NCBI GenBank assembly: GCA_000091205.1
Contig: AP006496.2
Direction: 5' to 3' (one strand)
DNA: 64,000 nt
From: Cyanidioschyzon merolae
Lineage: Eukaryota
Of the stretch, positions 63,690-64,000 are shown piece after piece (the stretch's first letter is position 1; each line of letters begins with the position of its first letter). The notes beneath the pieces are model-generated. The model was not told the origin of the DNA. It ran no database searches and saw only the letters and a program-made list of their open reading frames with translations. The position numbers were made by a program, and so were the translations under genes.

Positions 63690-64000
63690 CACCCTAGCTG
63701 CGGTGGTGAGCAGGAGCTCGAAATCACGATGCAATGTACCCTGTAGATTGTAGAAGAGTTGCCAGTAGGATATACTCTTTACTGCATAGTTCAAGGAGGA
63801 CTGCGTCTCTTCTTCAGGTTAGTCATACCACAGTACTACGCTGGTTGAGGAACACGGAAAGGAAGAAGTATAAGCGCTCTGCGCCTAAAACCGATATTCT
63901 CAAAGAGTGCCTGCGGGAAATGGTAGAAAACGACCCATCTTTTACCTTGCGGAAAGCAAAAACGACGATAGAGGCCACCATAGGCGTATCTGTTTCTCAC
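63690..64000 (+). mobile_element. Second copy of the Tc1/mariner-like relic (5' part, truncated by the window end)
   Basis: 63731-64000 aligns with 8476-8745 at ~80% identity, including the HTH-coding region (…SLLQVSHTTVLRWLRN…ILKARLREMVENDPSFTLRKAK…). Confidence 0.55.

Noticed and set aside
1-64000. tRNA and rRNA genes
   Set aside because: By eye I found no convincing cloverleaf or T-loop (GGTTCGAATCC-like) candidates and no rRNA-like conserved blocks in intergenic regions. A proper tRNA scan was not possible, so absence is not proven.

Overview
The window is a GC-rich (~55-58%), gene-dense, intron-poor eukaryotic nuclear region, read from sequence alone. This shows in long ORFs on both strands, N-glycosylation-rich ectodomains, polyQ/polyS tracts, and eukaryote-type genes (NIP7, SF3a2-like zinc finger, mitochondrial-type ABCB7/ATM1, Sec1/Munc18, Slo-like K+ channel). 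The ORF track translates non-ATG codons (TTG/GTG/CTG) as M, so several listed starts are artefacts. I re-anchored those CDS to the first in-frame ATG checked in the sequence.

The main finding is two ~98% identical copies of a ~2.4-2.6 kb element (29267-31889 and 36058-38420, same orientation, unrelated flanks, no terminal inverted repeats). Each carries an interrupted gene with the TnpB/Fanzor hallmarks in correct order and spacing. These are RuvC-I '[16 protein letters not shown]', CxxC zinc-finger residues, and RuvC-III '[14 protein letters not shown]'. This is a eukaryotic OMEGA-type RNA-guided nuclease locus. Copy 1 looks intact. Copy 2 has a premature stop, an L>P change in RuvC-I and a 3-bp deletion.

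The conserved ~175-nt non-coding tail after the stop codon is a candidate omega-RNA scaffold. The two copies diverge abruptly after '...TTTGAAAG', which is where a guide segment would be expected.

Other confidently recognised genes:
- A bacterial-type epoxyqueuosine reductase QueG with a eukaryote-style 172-aa N-terminal extension, next to a decayed Tc1/mariner-like transposase relic. A second relic copy sits at the window end.
- A single 1295-codon ORF fusing a signal-peptide/glycosylated ectodomain/TM module to a complete Sec1/Munc18 domain.
- A 1459-aa 6TM+RCK Slo-like K+ channel.
- An HSDL2-like SDR.
- A GH37 trehalase with both signatures.
- A HAD hydrolase.
- An ABCB7/ATM1-like half transporter.
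- A Upf1-like SF1 helicase.
- NIP7.
- A type II peroxiredoxin (PRDX5-like).
- An FMN-binding split-barrel/DUF2470 protein.

A diverged ~200-bp dispersed repeat (three copies) brackets the Fanzor region. There are also minisatellites and microsatellites. I recognised no rRNA, tRNA or CRISPR by eye.
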